A stretch of DNA of 63,562 nt, filler included, from Octopus bimaculoides (lineage: Eukaryota), in assembly GCF_001194135.2 (NCBI RefSeq). It is 5 parts of 5 records of this genome, joined end to end, with 100 filler letters (N's around TTAATTAATTAA, not from the genome) between each part and the next. Parts side by side here need not be neighbours in the genome. Positions count along the whole stretch, not along the records: positions 44,341 to 50,783 come from NC_068983.1; positions 50,884 to 59,118 come from NC_068985.1; positions 59,219 to 63,562 come from NC_069000.1; 2 more parts are not named here. One strand, 5' to 3'. Below are positions 49,866-63,562 of the stretch, in pieces; within the stretch, counting starts at the first letter, position 1, and each line of letters begins with the position of its first letter. The notes under the pieces were generated by a model. That model did no database searches and was not told the DNA's origin. It worked only from the letters and a program-made list of their open reading frames with translations. The translations under genes and the position numbers were made by a program.

Positions 49866-50373
49866 NNNNNNNNNNNNNNNNNNNNNNNNNNNNNNNNNNN
49901 NNNNNNNNNNNNNNNNNNNNNNNNNNNNNNNNNNNNNNNNNNNNNNNNNNNNNNNNNNNNNNNNNNNNNNNNNNNNNNNNNNNNNNNNNNNNNNNNNNNN
50001 NNNNNNNNNNNNNNNNNNNNNNNNNNNNGAGAGACAGAGAGACAGAGCTATTGAAATATAGGTGTATGCATGAGTACATACAGATATAAATATGTTTATA
50101 TACACACACAAACGTGTGCACACACATACACACTCATACACACATACACACACATACATACATATACATATAAACTAAAAAATGAGAACAAGTAGACAAG
50201 AGAAAACTTACTATAGAAAGTAGAGTTATTTAAATTATATTCATTGGATGCTGAAAAACCTCACCATTTATCTGAATTTCTCATTTCTGATTTTCAATTA
50301 ATCATGTTACATTTATGACATTTACACACTTGTCCAGACACACATACACACACACATGAATATATGTGTGTGA

Positions 50374-50434
<61 letters not shown>

Positions 50435-50680
50435 TGGTGTGGCTCAGTGATTAGGTGCATGGCTGAGTGGTTAGAGCATCGAGCTTACGATCTTGAGGTT
50501 GTGAGTTCGAATTCCGCACCGGGCTACATGTTGTGTTCTTGAGCAAGACACTTTATTTCAGGAAAAGACACCAATAGAAAAAAGACTAGGCTTACAAAGA
50601 ATAAGTCTTGTGGTTGATTTGCTCAACTAAAGGCGGTGCTCCAGCATGGCCACAGTCAAATGACTGAAACGAATAAAAAA
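50435..50680 (+). mobile_element. Chimeric SINE: family 3 head joined to family 1 tail
   Basis: A-box, GAGTTCGAATTCC and TTGTGTTCTTGAGCAAGACACTT, then CTAGGCTTACAAAGAATAAGTC...AAATGACTGAAAC. Confidence 0.75.
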
Positions 50681-50883
50681 AATATATACATATCGACAGC
50701 AGTGATGAGGGACAAAGACCGCTGGAGAGAACTCATCCATGGATCTCGGGAATTTTACCTGCCCTAGATATATATATATATATNNNNNNNNNNNNNNNNN
50801 NNNNNNNNNNNNNNNNNNNNNNNNNNNTTAATTAATTAANNNNNNNNNNNNNNNNNNNNNNNNNNNNNNNNNNNNNNNNNNNN

Positions 50884-50918
<35 letters not shown>

Positions 50919-50959
50919 CACATTCTCATTTTTATATATATAGATATATATATATATTA

Positions 50960-50995
<36 letters not shown>

Positions 50996-51012
50996 GTATG
51001 TATATATATAAA

Positions 51013-51059
<47 letters not shown>

Positions 51060-51094
51060 TGTATGTATGTATTATGTATGTGTGCATGTGTGTG

Positions 51095-51249
51095 TGTATG
51101 GAGCAAAACAGTTTGATTCAAATTCGTTGGGACACTTGAGTTTCAAGCGTGATGCTAGTCGTCAGGCATTTTAAATAGCTGACGTCTAGCATCACGTTTG
51201 AAACTCAAGAGTATCAACGAATTTGAATCAAACTGTTTTGATCCATACA
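51095..51249. repeat. 155-bp near-perfect palindrome
   Basis: CAAAACAGTTTGATTCAAATTCGTTG / CAACGAATTTGAATCAAACTGTTTTG plus inner arms. Confidence 0.9.
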
Positions 51250-51772
51250 TGTAACTCCCAATAAATTGGTTGAGTGCCCTTCTTTCATTTGACAACTCAC
51301 TCGTATATATATGTATGTATATATATATATTTACTCATTTACTATTCTTCTGTTTAGGTAAGTTCAACAAAAGCCTATTCCATTCGGTGACAGATAAATA
51401 TCATTTAATGTACAGAATAATAAAGATACGAGCTGCAAATAGTTTCTGGCTGTGAAGAGACGAGTCCATGCATATTATAAAATCCTGCATCAAGACATGT
51501 TTCAAAAACTGTCAAAACACGTGTCTCCACAGCAAGTCTTTATCAGTGGCTCGTATCTTTATACTATGTACATCAAATGAGACATACATTATATATATAA
51601 TGACTCATCCCAAGCAATAAAAATATGCTTCAACACACGAATTCATATAAAGAATATTGCAAACCAAATACAAAAACGAAATACATATGCGCGTGTGTGT
51701 GTATGTATGTCTGTGCTTGTGTGTGTGTGTGTATGCGTGTGTTGCGTGTGTGTGCGCGTGTGTGTGCGCGCG

Positions 51773-51812
<40 letters not shown>

Positions 51813-52084
51813 TGGGTGTGTGTTGCTTCCCAACTACATGGTTCCGGGTTCATGTACAGCAACTTGAGCAAGTGTCGACGTACGAAAATTTGAGCAAGTG
51901 CCTTCTACTCAACACATATGTGTGCGGATTTGACGAAGATAGAATTCGCTCAAAATTAAAAAATATGGTAATATATCGAACATAGAAGCATATATGAATA
52001 TTAAAAATATAAAAGTTCCTAAATTTTGAGCTATATACCGTTGTATTTTGAACTGTTGTACAACTTTTGCTGTTATGTATCTAG

Positions 52085-52370
52085 AGGAAGGCGCTTCGGC
52101 ACAGTAGAGGTGAGATTTGCTTCCGAAGAAGAGGCAAAGGAACATTCTATGTCTCCCTTATAGTCGGCAGATCTGGTGTTACTGCCGACTTATCTTGGAA
52201 TGCGAACATCGAAAATAAAGATAGGGGAATTCTCACTAGAAATCGTTGTGGTGTGGCTGGTGGCAGCCGTACTGCTCAATCTGGAGGATAAAGCCATTAT
52301 CCTTCAGGCCACCAGGCTACACCAGATGAACTGTGGAGCCAAGGTCTGTAAAAACTTCGCAAAGTCCTAA
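52085..52370 (+). mobile_element. Possible LINE ORF1 remnant (L1/Tx1-like)
   Basis: RFASEEEAKEH...LLPTYLGMRTSKIKIG...WLVAAV reads like an RRM-type ORF1. Recognition is from memory only. Confidence 0.35.
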
Positions 52371-52433
52371 ACATAGGTCATACCTTTTTAGTTCCATATC
52401 TGTATGGATTTTCGGTACAAACTAATTCCCAAT

Positions 52434-52595
52434 TGTACGCAGGCGTTGCTGTGTGGTAGATATATTGCTTTCCAACCACATGGTTTCGGGTTCAGTTCCA
52501 CTGCATAGGAACTTGGGCAAGTGTCTTCTACTACAGACTCGGGCTGACCAAAGCCTTTGAGAGGATTTAGTAGACGTAAACTGAAAGAAGCGTGT
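52434..52595 (+). mobile_element. SINE family 1, 5' half
   Basis: GCAGGCGTTGCTGTGTGGTAG...GGGTTCAGTTCCACTGC...AAACTGAAAGAAGC. Confidence 0.75.
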
Positions 52596-52607
52596 GGTAT
52601 ATATGTA

Positions 52608-52642
<35 letters not shown>

Positions 52643-53166
52643 ATATACAGGGATTAGCAATTGAGTTGCTTCTCCAACATACTGAAAATTTAGAAATAGC
52701 AGTCAAAGAACTACTGATTCCAAACTACAAATTTTCTCTAAAGTGGATGGCGATATTTATGGCCAAAGATTACCGTGAATTTTTTTAGAGACACTTTCAA
52801 ATTTATCAGAATATTGAGGCTGAAGATTGGAATAGTGAAATTTCTATTCACTTAACCATGAAACGANNNNNNNNNNNNNNNNNNNNNNNNNNNNNNNNNN
52901 NNNNNNNNNNNNNNNNNNNNNNNNNNNNNNNNNNNNNNNNNNNNNNNNNNNNNNNNNNNNNNNNNNNNNNNNNNNNNNNNNNNNNNNNNNNNNNNNNNNN
53001 NNNNNNNNNNNNNNNNNNNNNNNNNNNNNNNNNNNNNNNNNNNNNNNNNNNNNNNNNNNNNNNNNNNNNNNNNNNNNNNNNNNNNNNNNNNNNNNNNNNN
53101 NNNNNNNNNNNNNNNNNNNNNNNNNNNNNNNNNNNNNNNNNNNNNNNNNNNNNNNNNNNNNNNNNN

Positions 53167-53202
<36 letters not shown>

Positions 53203-53348
53203 TGCGGTTCGGCAAAGTGATCGATAGAATAAGTTCTAAGCTTTAAAGAAAGTAAGTCTTGAGATCGATCTATTAAACTAAATTACTTCAAGGTGGTGCT
53301 TCAGCGTGGCTGCTGTCAAATGATTGAAACAAGTATAAGAAATAAAAG
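53203..53348 (+). mobile_element. SINE family 1, 3' half
   Basis: GCGGTTCGGCAAA...GATAGAATAAG...GTCAAATGATTGAAACAAGT. Confidence 0.7.
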
Positions 53349-54944
53349 AAATACCCTTGTATATATCATATAAAAAGACATTGAATAATTAAATGTACTA
53401 TTTCACTTTTCTCGGGTCATCCTTGTCATTATTTGCAAGAATAAAACAGCGTCTTTCGTCAAAAATGACATGCAAGAGGCAATATTTATATAAGATTATA
53501 TGAATGACAAGTACAAAAACTCTGACATTTCAGGTCCAACGGCATAAATACGAAAACAAGAATTTTCTACTGAGCGTTTCTACATTGCAAATTACAGTTT
53601 CATGTGACCTTTTCAGAGATTAGCGTCTTGAAAAAACTGAAGTAGTGAAATATTCAGTCAATGGCATTTCATCAGTGTGTCTAGCATAGTTGTATATTCT
53701 GTATGTACTAAACTGTGTCGTTAATAAACTTTCCTTTTCCCAGCTGCAAGTGGTTTACAATCGCTGAACCTGAAGAACTTCCAAGGAAACGCTTCTTTCA
53801 TTTCATTTTAAATCATATTATACTTTATAGTATGTATGTATGTGTGTATGTATGTATGTATGTGTATGTATATATGTATGTGTGTGTGTGTGTATATATG
53901 TATGTGTGTGTGTATATATGTATGTGTGTGTGTNNNNNNNNNNNNNNNNNNNNNNNNNNNNNNNNNNNNNNNNNNNNNNNNNNNNNNNNNNNNNNNNNNN
54001 NNNNNNNNNNNNNNNNNNNNNNNNNNNNNNNNNNNNNNNNNNNNNNNNNNNNNNNNNNNNNNNNNNNNNNNNNNNNNNNNNNNNNNNNNNNNNNNNNNNN
54101 NNNNNNNNNNNNNNNNNNNNNNNNNNNNNNNNNNNNNNNNNNNNNNNNNNNNNNNNNNNNNNNNNNNNNNNNNNNNNNNNNNNNNNNNNNNNNNNNNNNN
54201 NNNNNNNNNNNNNNNNNNNNNNNNNNNNNNNNNNNNNNNNNNNNNNNNNNNNNNNNNNNNNNNNNNNNNNNNNNNNNNNNNNNNNNNNNNNNNNNNNNNN
54301 NNNNNNNNNNNNNNNNNNNNNNNNNNNNNNNNNNNNNNNNNNNNNNNNATATATATATATATATACACGTATACAAACATACATATAAGCAAATCAAAAA
54401 TAAAAACGAAAACAACGAAAGTCAAACGGACGTGCACAGTGAATGTATTAAGTTGACGCTTAGTTTAAGATGGAAAAAAGAGTGGAAGGTGACCTTTCGG
54501 GCATGGCTCTTCGTCATTAAGAGGAAAGGGGAACGGACCGGCGAGAAGGAAAAGAATATTTCGAGAAAATCTCGTGTGTGGTGTGTTTGCATGACTGAAA
54601 CGACCGGAAATCACACACACACAGACACAGACAGACACACACACACACGGGCGTGCACACAAGCATATACATACATATATTTATTTATTTATGTGTTTCA
54701 GCCAAGTCGCTGCGGTCATGCTGGTGCACAAGAAATTAAATAGAAACACAAGAGGAAAGAACAAAAAATTGACACACACAACGTGGACATGCTGTTTCCT
54801 CGTTAGCTATCGTCCCCCACCCGGCCCAAAAAATCATTACAATTTTAAACCTGTAACGATAATATTGTTCATTTTTGGTGACGTCAATAGCGATACGTGA
54901 GTCTTGATGACACTGATGAAAACAAATACGTATACAACACAAGT

Positions 54945-55085
54945 TTCCGCCTACCTTATCCACTGACAAGGCTTTGGTCGACCTGAAGCTTTAGTAAAAG
55001 ACACTCGCTCAAAATGCCATGCAATGGGACTGAAACTGGGACCATGTGGTTGGGAAGGAAGCAGCTCACAACAGAGCCCGCCTGC
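54945..55085 (-). mobile_element. SINE family 1, 5' half
   Basis: The reverse complement matches the head of 13519-13881. Confidence 0.65.
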
Positions 55086-55087
55086 AG

Positions 55088-55134
<47 letters not shown>

Positions 55135-55156
55135 TGTATGTATGTATGTATGTACA

Positions 55157-55205
<49 letters not shown>

Positions 55206-55783
55206 AGAAAGGTAGGTAGATCTATGCTTTTATTATACACGCTCCCAATACGGGTGTCTTTGCGCAGCCCATGTCTGTATTAGAGTTCTTTGTTGTTTGA
55301 TCTATAATTCGAACTTAAACTGATATTAGTAACGTTGTAGCCGAAAGCTGACGTCCAGTGAGCAAACAGTTCAGTGTATTTCAAAAGGCAGCCTCAATCC
55401 TTCCGAGATAGACTTACTGCACTATTACAGTTAGAGCGTCGGCTAATTCGCATAGAACGCCATTAAGATAAATCACGTGCAGGTGTCCAAGCGAATGCTG
55501 AGAATCTACTCGATGTCCAGTGATAGACAATGGCAAAGTCAGCTATATAATTGCTCGCGAGAATATAATGTTGACAGAGACCATAATGAATTGCTAGCGA
55601 AAAGTTGTTCCGGTTTTATTAGGCTCCAACTAAATGGATTGAAATGAAAGTCAACAAGGTTTCTATATATGGAAAGCTGGTGTATTCATTTAGCCAAGCA
55701 CATTAATCTGTATTGATGGTTGATTATTGAATGTTCATATTTCCTTCACACACACACACACACACAAACACAGACACACGCAC

Positions 55784-55818
<35 letters not shown>

Positions 55819-56342
55819 ATATATGAGTGTGTTTGTGTAGATTTCTTTTATGTTTTAATGTTATTATATCTCCAAATAAAATTATATTTTTTTTAGGTAT
55901 ACTGAATGAAATTGTGAAAGTCGGTATATATATATTTGCTTATATATATATATATATATANNNNNNNNNNNNNNNNNNNNNNNNNNNNNNNNNNNNNNNN
56001 NNNNNNNNNNNNNNNNNNNNNNNNNNNNNNNNNNNNNNNNNNNNNNNNNNNNNNNNNNNNNNNNNNNNNNNNNNNNNNNNNNNNNNNNNNNNNNNNNNNN
56101 NNNNNNNNNNNNNNNNNNNNNNNNNNNNNNNNNNNNNNNNNNNNNNNNNNNNNNNNNNNNNNNNNNNNNNNNNNNNNNNNNNNNNNNNNNNNNNNNNNNN
56201 NNNNNNNNNNNNNNNNNNNNNNNNNNNNNNNNNNNNNNNNNNNNNNNNNNNNNNNNNNNNNNNNNNNNNNNNNNNNNNNNNNNNNNNNNNNNNNNNNNNN
56301 NNNNNNNNNNNNNNNNNNNNNNNNNNNGAACCTGTGTCCTTT

Positions 56343-56492
56343 ATAACCTTCGAACAGGGGAGGTCAGCAGTGTCCCCCTGCTGCTGGCTTGGCATCTGCA
56401 GACTAGACTAGTTTCAGGGTGTTGCCCCTTGTCAATGCAGAGTAGCCAAGCCTTAGCCAGGCGGCGCTGCTGACTATCTGCTCGAAGGTTAT
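56343..56492. repeat. 150-bp imperfect GC-rich palindrome
   Basis: ATAACCTTCGA/TCGAAGGTTAT, GTCAGCAG/CTGCTGAC, GGCTTGGC/GCCAAGCC, TCTGCA/TGCAGA. Confidence 0.75.
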
Positions 56493-56908
56493 TTATCTAA
56501 TTTCAGTGGAATCTATCCACTGGTTTTCAGAAATAGAGTTATTAATATTTCTAAGTCTCTCTAAAGGAGACTACGGCAGCGGTACTGGAAATTAATAGTT
56601 ATCGCCAAGCCAACATGGCAGTCCCAAAATTAGGACGAAAGCTGCCGTGAATTAGCTATATATATATAGATATATATATATAAAATAATGTCTTAAAAAT
56701 GGCGTAAAAAATAAAAATAAACGCAAGACATACTCTGAGAATGACGGAAAGGATAGTGTAAAATATCATTAACATGTTTAGTAACAGTAATAACTATGAA
56801 GAACAATGTTACATACACGCATATACATACATACATACATACATATACATATATGCATACACACACATGCACACACATATGGACGCGTGTATATATATAT
56901 ATATATAA

Positions 56909-56953
<45 letters not shown>

Positions 56954-57274
56954 TATATATAAATATATACATATCTGTCTATCAATTTATCTATCAATGT
57001 ACATATATATAATGTATATATATATATANNNNNNNNNNNNNNNNNNNNNNNNNNNNNNNNNNNNNNNNNNNNNNNNNNNNNNNNNNNNNNNNNNNNNNNN
57101 NNNNNNNNNNNNNNNNNNNNNNNNNNNNNNNNNNNNNNNNNNNNNNNNNNNNNNNNNNNNNNNNNNNNNNNNNNNNNNNNNNNNNNNNNNNNNNNNNNNN
57201 NNNNNNNNNNNNNNNNNNNNNNNNNNNNNNNNNNNNNNNATATAGATAGATATAGATAGATATATAGATATAGG

Positions 57275-57352
<78 letters not shown>

Positions 57353-57565
57353 TACATACATACATATTCATATGAATGTGTGTAAAATATACGCACTGGA
57401 TATAAATGTATATCTGCTGCTACTAAATTAAAGATAGTTTTTATTTATTTACATATATTCTCTTAATATTTTTATTTTGTTAACTGCCCAAATGTGTGTG
57501 TATGTATATATATATATAACACCTAAACATATATGTATATATGATTTATATGTATATCTATCTTT

Positions 57566-57609
<44 letters not shown>

Positions 57610-57641
57610 NNNNNNNNNNTATATTTGTATGTATGTGTGTG

Positions 57642-57695
<54 letters not shown>

Positions 57696-58777
57696 CGTAT
57701 ATATGTATGTTTGTATCCATACATACATATTATGGGCATACACATCAAGGCATGCTTTCAATAAGCGTAGATATTTGCCATGTAAACGTGTGAATAGATG
57801 CGTTAAGACTCTTTCTCTCTCTCGACAATTCGCGTGACTACAATTACATGCCTTAATAACTGTAGGGTTTTATTGCCAAATATAACAAACTACGATGATG
57901 GTATTATTGAATTATTTAGCAAAGTCACTGATGAATTTCAGTTTCATTTCCTTCTAGTTGATATTAATTATATTTCGACATTGTCCAAGATACTGACGCT
58001 CATTTACAGTCCTGCATTGATTGAACTATAGAAACGTATCATAAATTATATATTAAATATCAGAATATATTTTTAAATAGATTGTTAGATACTAGTAAAC
58101 ATCGTAAAGTAAGAGATAAATTCTTAGCGGATCGAATCACTATGAGTTTCTTTTATTGTCGTTTGGAACTAGTTTACATCAGTAACGTCAGTGAGATTGA
58201 CAGAATCGTCATAAAATACTCATCTCTTACTAATCCTAAAATATTGAGCTGAGTTGAAAGCAATAACGGTTTTAATTAGATTGATCATATAATATGAGAG
58301 CCAAGATTTATGCGTTTTCAGTCTGTATAATCCTCATGTTAGGTCATACATTTATAGGATTAGAAACACATTATAGTGTCTAAGCGCTTTGCAAATCTGT
58401 CACATGGAACTCAATTTGAGATTAGATGCATATCTCTTTAACTTACTAACTATGCCGGTCATTTGAGAGACTCTTTGCTATACATGTATCCATGTTATAA
58501 CAAGAGCCGGAGGTTATAATAGAGGTCTCGTTTGTACAGAATGGAAGAGAGAATAGCACACTATTTTCACCTGGTCTGCCGGCTTAACATGTGTGTCTAA
58601 CCCAGCGGCTCCCATTGTGCAGCATACACCCCACCGGTTTGGCCTATGCAGAAGTTGGGGGCGTATGCAGAACGTTTTCTTTGAAGTGATTCACTTTGTT
58701 TTCTTAGTCAATAAGGTACTTTTTGTACTCTGTACATAATAAAATAGTTACCTATAGATTCTTTTGTAGTATATATT

Positions 58778-59002
58778 ACTCTTTACTCTTTTTACTCTTT
58801 TACTTGTTTCAGTCATTTGACTGCGGCGATGCTGGAACACCGCCTTTAGTCGAGCAAATCGACCCCAGGACTTATTCTTTGTAAGCTTAGCACTTATTCT
58901 ATCGGCTCTTTTGCCGAACCGCTAAGTTACGGGGACGTAAACACACCAGCATCGGTTGTCAAGCGATATTGGGGGGACAAACACAGACACACAAACATAC
59001 AG

Positions 59003-59037
<35 letters not shown>

Positions 59038-59118
59038 CATATATACGACGGGCTTCTTTCAGTTTCCGTCTACCAAATCCACTCACAAGGCTTTGGTCGG
59101 CCCGAGGCTATAGTAGAA
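58778..59118 (-). mobile_element. SINE family 1, well preserved, head lost in gap
   Basis: (TACTCTTT)n tail and full body homologous to 13519-13790. Confidence 0.9.
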
Positions 59119-59220
59119 NNNNNNNNNNNNNNNNNNNNNNNNNNNNNNNNNNNNNNNNNNNNTTAATTAATTAANNNNNNNNNNNNNNNNNNNNNNNNNN
59201 NNNNNNNNNNNNNNNNNNAT

Positions 59221-59251
<31 letters not shown>

Positions 59252-59823
59252 CATACACGTACATATATATATATATATATATGTTTTGTGTTTATGTGTG
59301 TGTATATATATAATTATATACATTGCATGTTTACCAACGTCACGTATCGAAGACATAGACAAAATAGTAAGAACCATAAGACAATGCATTGTGTATATTG
59401 TATACGTCAATATAGAATGCATCGCACGCACTTTTAATACACATTTACACGTCAACGCACCATCTCGCCTTGCATGTGCATGCATACACGAACACATTCG
59501 TGTGATGTCAATCCGAAAGCTTTTCGTAGATTCTGCACGATGAAAATATCGGGAATGACATACAATTAGGGAAACAGTATGAAAATTTGCTGCATATATA
59601 TATATATATATGAATGCCACTTGGTAAGAGAACCATCCGATAGCATACATTTAAACACGAGAGAAGCTACATTTAACAGACAGGCTCACACGCTAGAAGA
59701 AGCAGTCAAAACGACCAAAACCACATTTAAGAGCAATTTCGAAGGGAATTAAAAATAAAAACTTTTACCTTGATATTTTTTTACGGTCATACCTAGATTT
59801 CGAATTTTATTTAGCAACTATAT

Positions 59824-59925
<102 letters not shown>

Positions 59926-60536
59926 GTAGAGATAAATTAATCAATTACTTAATTAGTAGAAGAGTTAGCTCTCAACCTTTCTTCTCGGATCTTAAAGTTG
60001 TGGTCGATTCTCACATACTTGTGAAAAGCGAGATTCCATCATTGTTAAAACACATGATGGAAAAAGTTTCAGACTTTTCAAAAAAAATATAAGTAATGAA
60101 GTACGGTCGTCTACTAAAACCATTCAGGGCCGTGCCCCACCATGGCCACGTTCAAATGACTCAAACAAGTAAAAAGGTAAGGCTTCGATCAAGTCAATAC
60201 TATGGAACAATATAGATGCCTAAAGAAGGCGTCTAATGGGATTGAACACCTAACTTATAACTGCAGAACACACACCTTAACTACTCGACCAAACATGAGT
60301 TTAGGTCCCAATAATAAGTTCTCGGTAAATATGGAGTAGTTATCAGTCATATACTGTTACTAGCTTTCTATCCGAGGGTTTATTTTCCGCATCTGTTAGA
60401 TTCATAGATTACGACCGGAGGTAAGCGTCAGCTTACAAGGGAAATTAAAGACTTCCATAGAGTTCATTGTTAAAACACATGGAATGGTACATATATCTAC
60501 GAGCGTATATATATATATGTACATTTGTATGTATGC

Positions 60537-60585
<49 letters not shown>

Positions 60586-60599
60586 CCCACGCTCAGTAC

Positions 60600-60679
60600 A
60601 ACCACAATCATCAGTATCACCATCACCATCATTGCTATCCTCATCATCATTACCATTATTACTATCATAATCATCATCA

Positions 60680-60729
<50 letters not shown>

Positions 60730-60787
60730 TTCATCATCATCATCATCATCANNNNNNNNNNTCGTCGTCGTCGTCGTCGTCGTCGCC

Positions 60788-60841
<54 letters not shown>

Positions 60842-61375
60842 TCAATATCACCACCATCACCGCAACTATCGTCATCATCACCATGACTCCTCACCTCACA
60901 CACACACACACACACACACACGTGCTGACCCCCATCTTCCAACCATCCTGAACGACATCTACCCACAATCACCATCAACATCAACATCAACATCAACAAC
61001 AACAATGACGACAATATATTGACATCGTCACTCAATCAAAACGATTATTTGCCGATCAAGTATTTTGTCTCACAGACACCCCCACCACCGCCACCACCGC
61101 CACCACCGCCACCACAACCACCNNNNNNNNNNNNNNNNNNNNNNNNNNNNNNNNNNNNNNNNNNNNNNNNNNNNNNNNNNNNNNNNNNNNNNNNNNNNNN
61201 NNNNNNNNNNNNNNNNNNNNNNNNNNNNNNNNNNNNNNNNNNNNNNNNNNNNNNNNNNNNNNGCCGCCGCCGCCAACGACACAACCACCACCACCACTGC
61301 CACCGCCACCGCCGCCGTCACCACCACCACCACCACCACTACTGTCACCACCGCTACTGCCACCATCGCAGCCAT
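60600..61375. repeat. Mosaic trinucleotide microsatellite (ATC/GTC/ACC/GCC)
   Basis: Direct reading; this explains the homopolymeric ORFs. Confidence 0.9.
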
Positions 61376-61806
61376 ATTTCTCTTTTCCCGCCATTTCAGA
61401 CATCTGTAAAATGGCCTCCATTGAATTTATTATTATTGTATTCTCCGCTGCTGTCAATAGGGATTTTTCATTTTATATTTACTTTTTTTTTATTTTTATT
61501 AGTGTTTTAAATTGATGTTTTGAATGTTATTGACATCATGTTTGTTATTCCTTTAAAACAACAAAAACAACAACAACGACGACGACGACGAAAACCCAGA
61601 AGAAACAAACAAACAAACAAACAAACACACGGAGAAAATGATTGTGGTCAAAGTTCAACATTAGAAAACTCCACCCAACTAAAAATTTTTCTTCCAATCT
61701 GATCTGTTTCACAGATTTTGAACTCTTCGCCTTCCTTTCATTAGAAGGATGTAGACAGCTTACACCCTTATACGACGTTCTACATAACACAGGTACACAC
61801 ACACAC

Positions 61807-61874
<68 letters not shown>

Positions 61875-62897
61875 TCACACGCGCAATATACATACTCAAA
61901 ATGNNNNNNNNNNNNNNNNNNNNNNNNNNNNNNNNNNNNNNNNNNNNNNNNNNNNNNNNNNNNNNNNNNNNNNNNNNNNNNNNNNNNNNNNNNNNNNNNN
62001 NNNNNNNNNNNNNNNNNNNNNNNNNNNNNNNNNNNNNNNNNNNNNNNNNNNNNNNNNNNNNNNNNNNNNNNNNNNNNNNNNNNNNNNNNNNNNNNNNNNN
62101 NNNNNNNNNNNNNNNNNNNNNNNNNNNNNNNNNNNNNNNNNNNNNNNNNNNNNNNNNNNNNNNNNNNNNNNNNNNNNNNNNNNNNNNNNNNNNNNNNNNN
62201 NNNNNNNNNNNNNNNNNNNNNNNNNNNNNNNNNNNNNNNNNNNNNNNNNNNNNNNNNNNNNNNNNNNNNNNNNNNNNNNNNNNNNNNNNNNNNNNNNNNN
62301 NNNNNNNNNNNNNNNNNNNNNNNNNNNNNNNNNNNNNNNNNNNNNNNNNNNNNNNNNNNNNNNNNNNNNNNNNNNNNNNNNNNNNNNNNNNNNNNNNNNN
62401 NNNNNNNNNNNNNNNNNNNNNNNNNNNNNNNNNNNNNNNNNNNNNNNNNNNNNNNNNNNNNNNNNNNNNNNNNNNNNNNNNNNNNNNNNNNNNNNNNNNN
62501 NNNNNNNNNNNNNNNNNNNNNNNNNNNNNNNNNNNNNNNNNNNNNNNNNNNNNNNNNNNNNNNNNNNNNNNNNNNNNNNNNNNNNNNNNNNNNNNNNNNN
62601 NNNNNNNNNNNNNNNNNNNNNNNNNNNNNNNNNNNNNNNNNNNNNNNNNNNNNNNNNNNNNNNNNNNNNNNNNNNNNNNNNNNNNNNNNNNNNNNNNNNN
62701 NNNNNNNNNNNNNNNNNNNNNNNNNNNNNNNNNNNNNNNNNNNNNNNNNNNNNNNNNNNNNNNNNNNNNNNNNNNNNNNNNNNNNNNNNNNNNNNNNNNN
62801 NNNNNNNNNNNNNNNNNNNNNNNNNNNNNNNNNNNNNNNNNNNNNNNNNNNNNNNNNNNNNNNNNNNNNNNNNNNNNNNNNNNNNNNNNNNNNNNNN

Positions 62898-62929
<32 letters not shown>

Positions 62930-63272
62930 GTATAGAGAGAGAGAGGGGGGAAAGAGTGATGCACCTATATGCATCTCTGTTAGATAACTAACTCTCTCTC
63001 CCTATATCTCTTTCGCTTCCTTTCTCTATCAGTCCATATGCTCGCACGCGAGCATTTGTGCGTGCGCGTGCGTATGTGTGTGTACCTGAATAAACGGGAG
63101 GTAACTACGTGTGAAACTTCCAGTGCATCATCAATCGCACGACAGAAAGAAAAAAACCATACTAAAACGTCCTTTCACGAGGAGGATAATGAAACAACGC
63201 CAACTACAATTATACGAACAGAAAGGGATAGAAAGAGAATATAATAATGGCAAAAACAAAACAACAACAACT

Positions 63273-63324
<52 letters not shown>

Positions 63325-63562
63325 TAATAATAATAATAATGGAAGCGCATGAAATGAACTGAAAAAACTTGAGGCTCTTTATTAACAATAGTGAATATTG
63401 CTAAGAGGACAACAACAACAAAATCGTGAACAATAATTTTATAATACACTACAACGAATAGGATTGCTTTTTCCCCCCCTCCCGTTTTTACTTTTCTTTT
63501 TCGTTTTCTTTTTTTCTTGCTTATAACAAAAGCCACGACAACACCGTTACGAAGAAGAAGAC

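Noticed and set aside
53735-53820. Acceptor-like TTTTCCCAG with a short open frame, and a CUGAAGA...GAAAC pair
   Set aside because: No donor or homology; the hammerhead stems are too weak.
54851-54912. 62-nt candidate minus-strand exon containing a TGACGTCA (CRE) palindrome
   Set aside because: Weak donor and two open frames with no recognisable product; a single 8-mer is expected by chance in 60 kb.
60680-60840. Apparent duplication of a (GTC)n-GCC-TTC-(ATC)n block
   Set aside because: The copies flank a 10-N gap and are probably an unmerged contig overlap.

Overview
AT-rich, microsatellite-saturated, gap-ridden animal genomic DNA with no recognisable intact host protein-coding exon. The repeat content resembles an octopus genome, but that is my inference and was not tested. 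The ORF track is almost entirely microsatellite or N-gap artefact. Real content is transposon-derived: two clusters of R4/Dong-like RLE non-LTR retrotransposon fragments separated by (AAT)n tracts (8.8-11.4 kb and 24.3-27.4 kb), three mariner remnants, RTE and Penelope-like (GIY-YIG) fragments, at least three tRNA-derived SINE families, MITEs, a Helentron/DINE-1-like element and three ~150-170 bp palindromes. The main finding is hammerhead-ribozyme (HHR) sequence. Seven canonical-order minimal type I HHR relics of the Penelope kind are present. Three further loci (551-610 +, 1899-1961 -, 7600-7659 -), from two unrelated repeat families, carry all hammerhead core boxes (CUGAUGA, GAAA, NUH) and covarying stems I, II and III. 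Their three strands lie in the reverse order (NUH strand, then GAAA strand, then CUGAUGA strand), which is not a type I, II or III permutation. This predicts a pseudoknotted or reciprocal-dimer hammerhead. All folding was done by eye; activity and novelty are untested.
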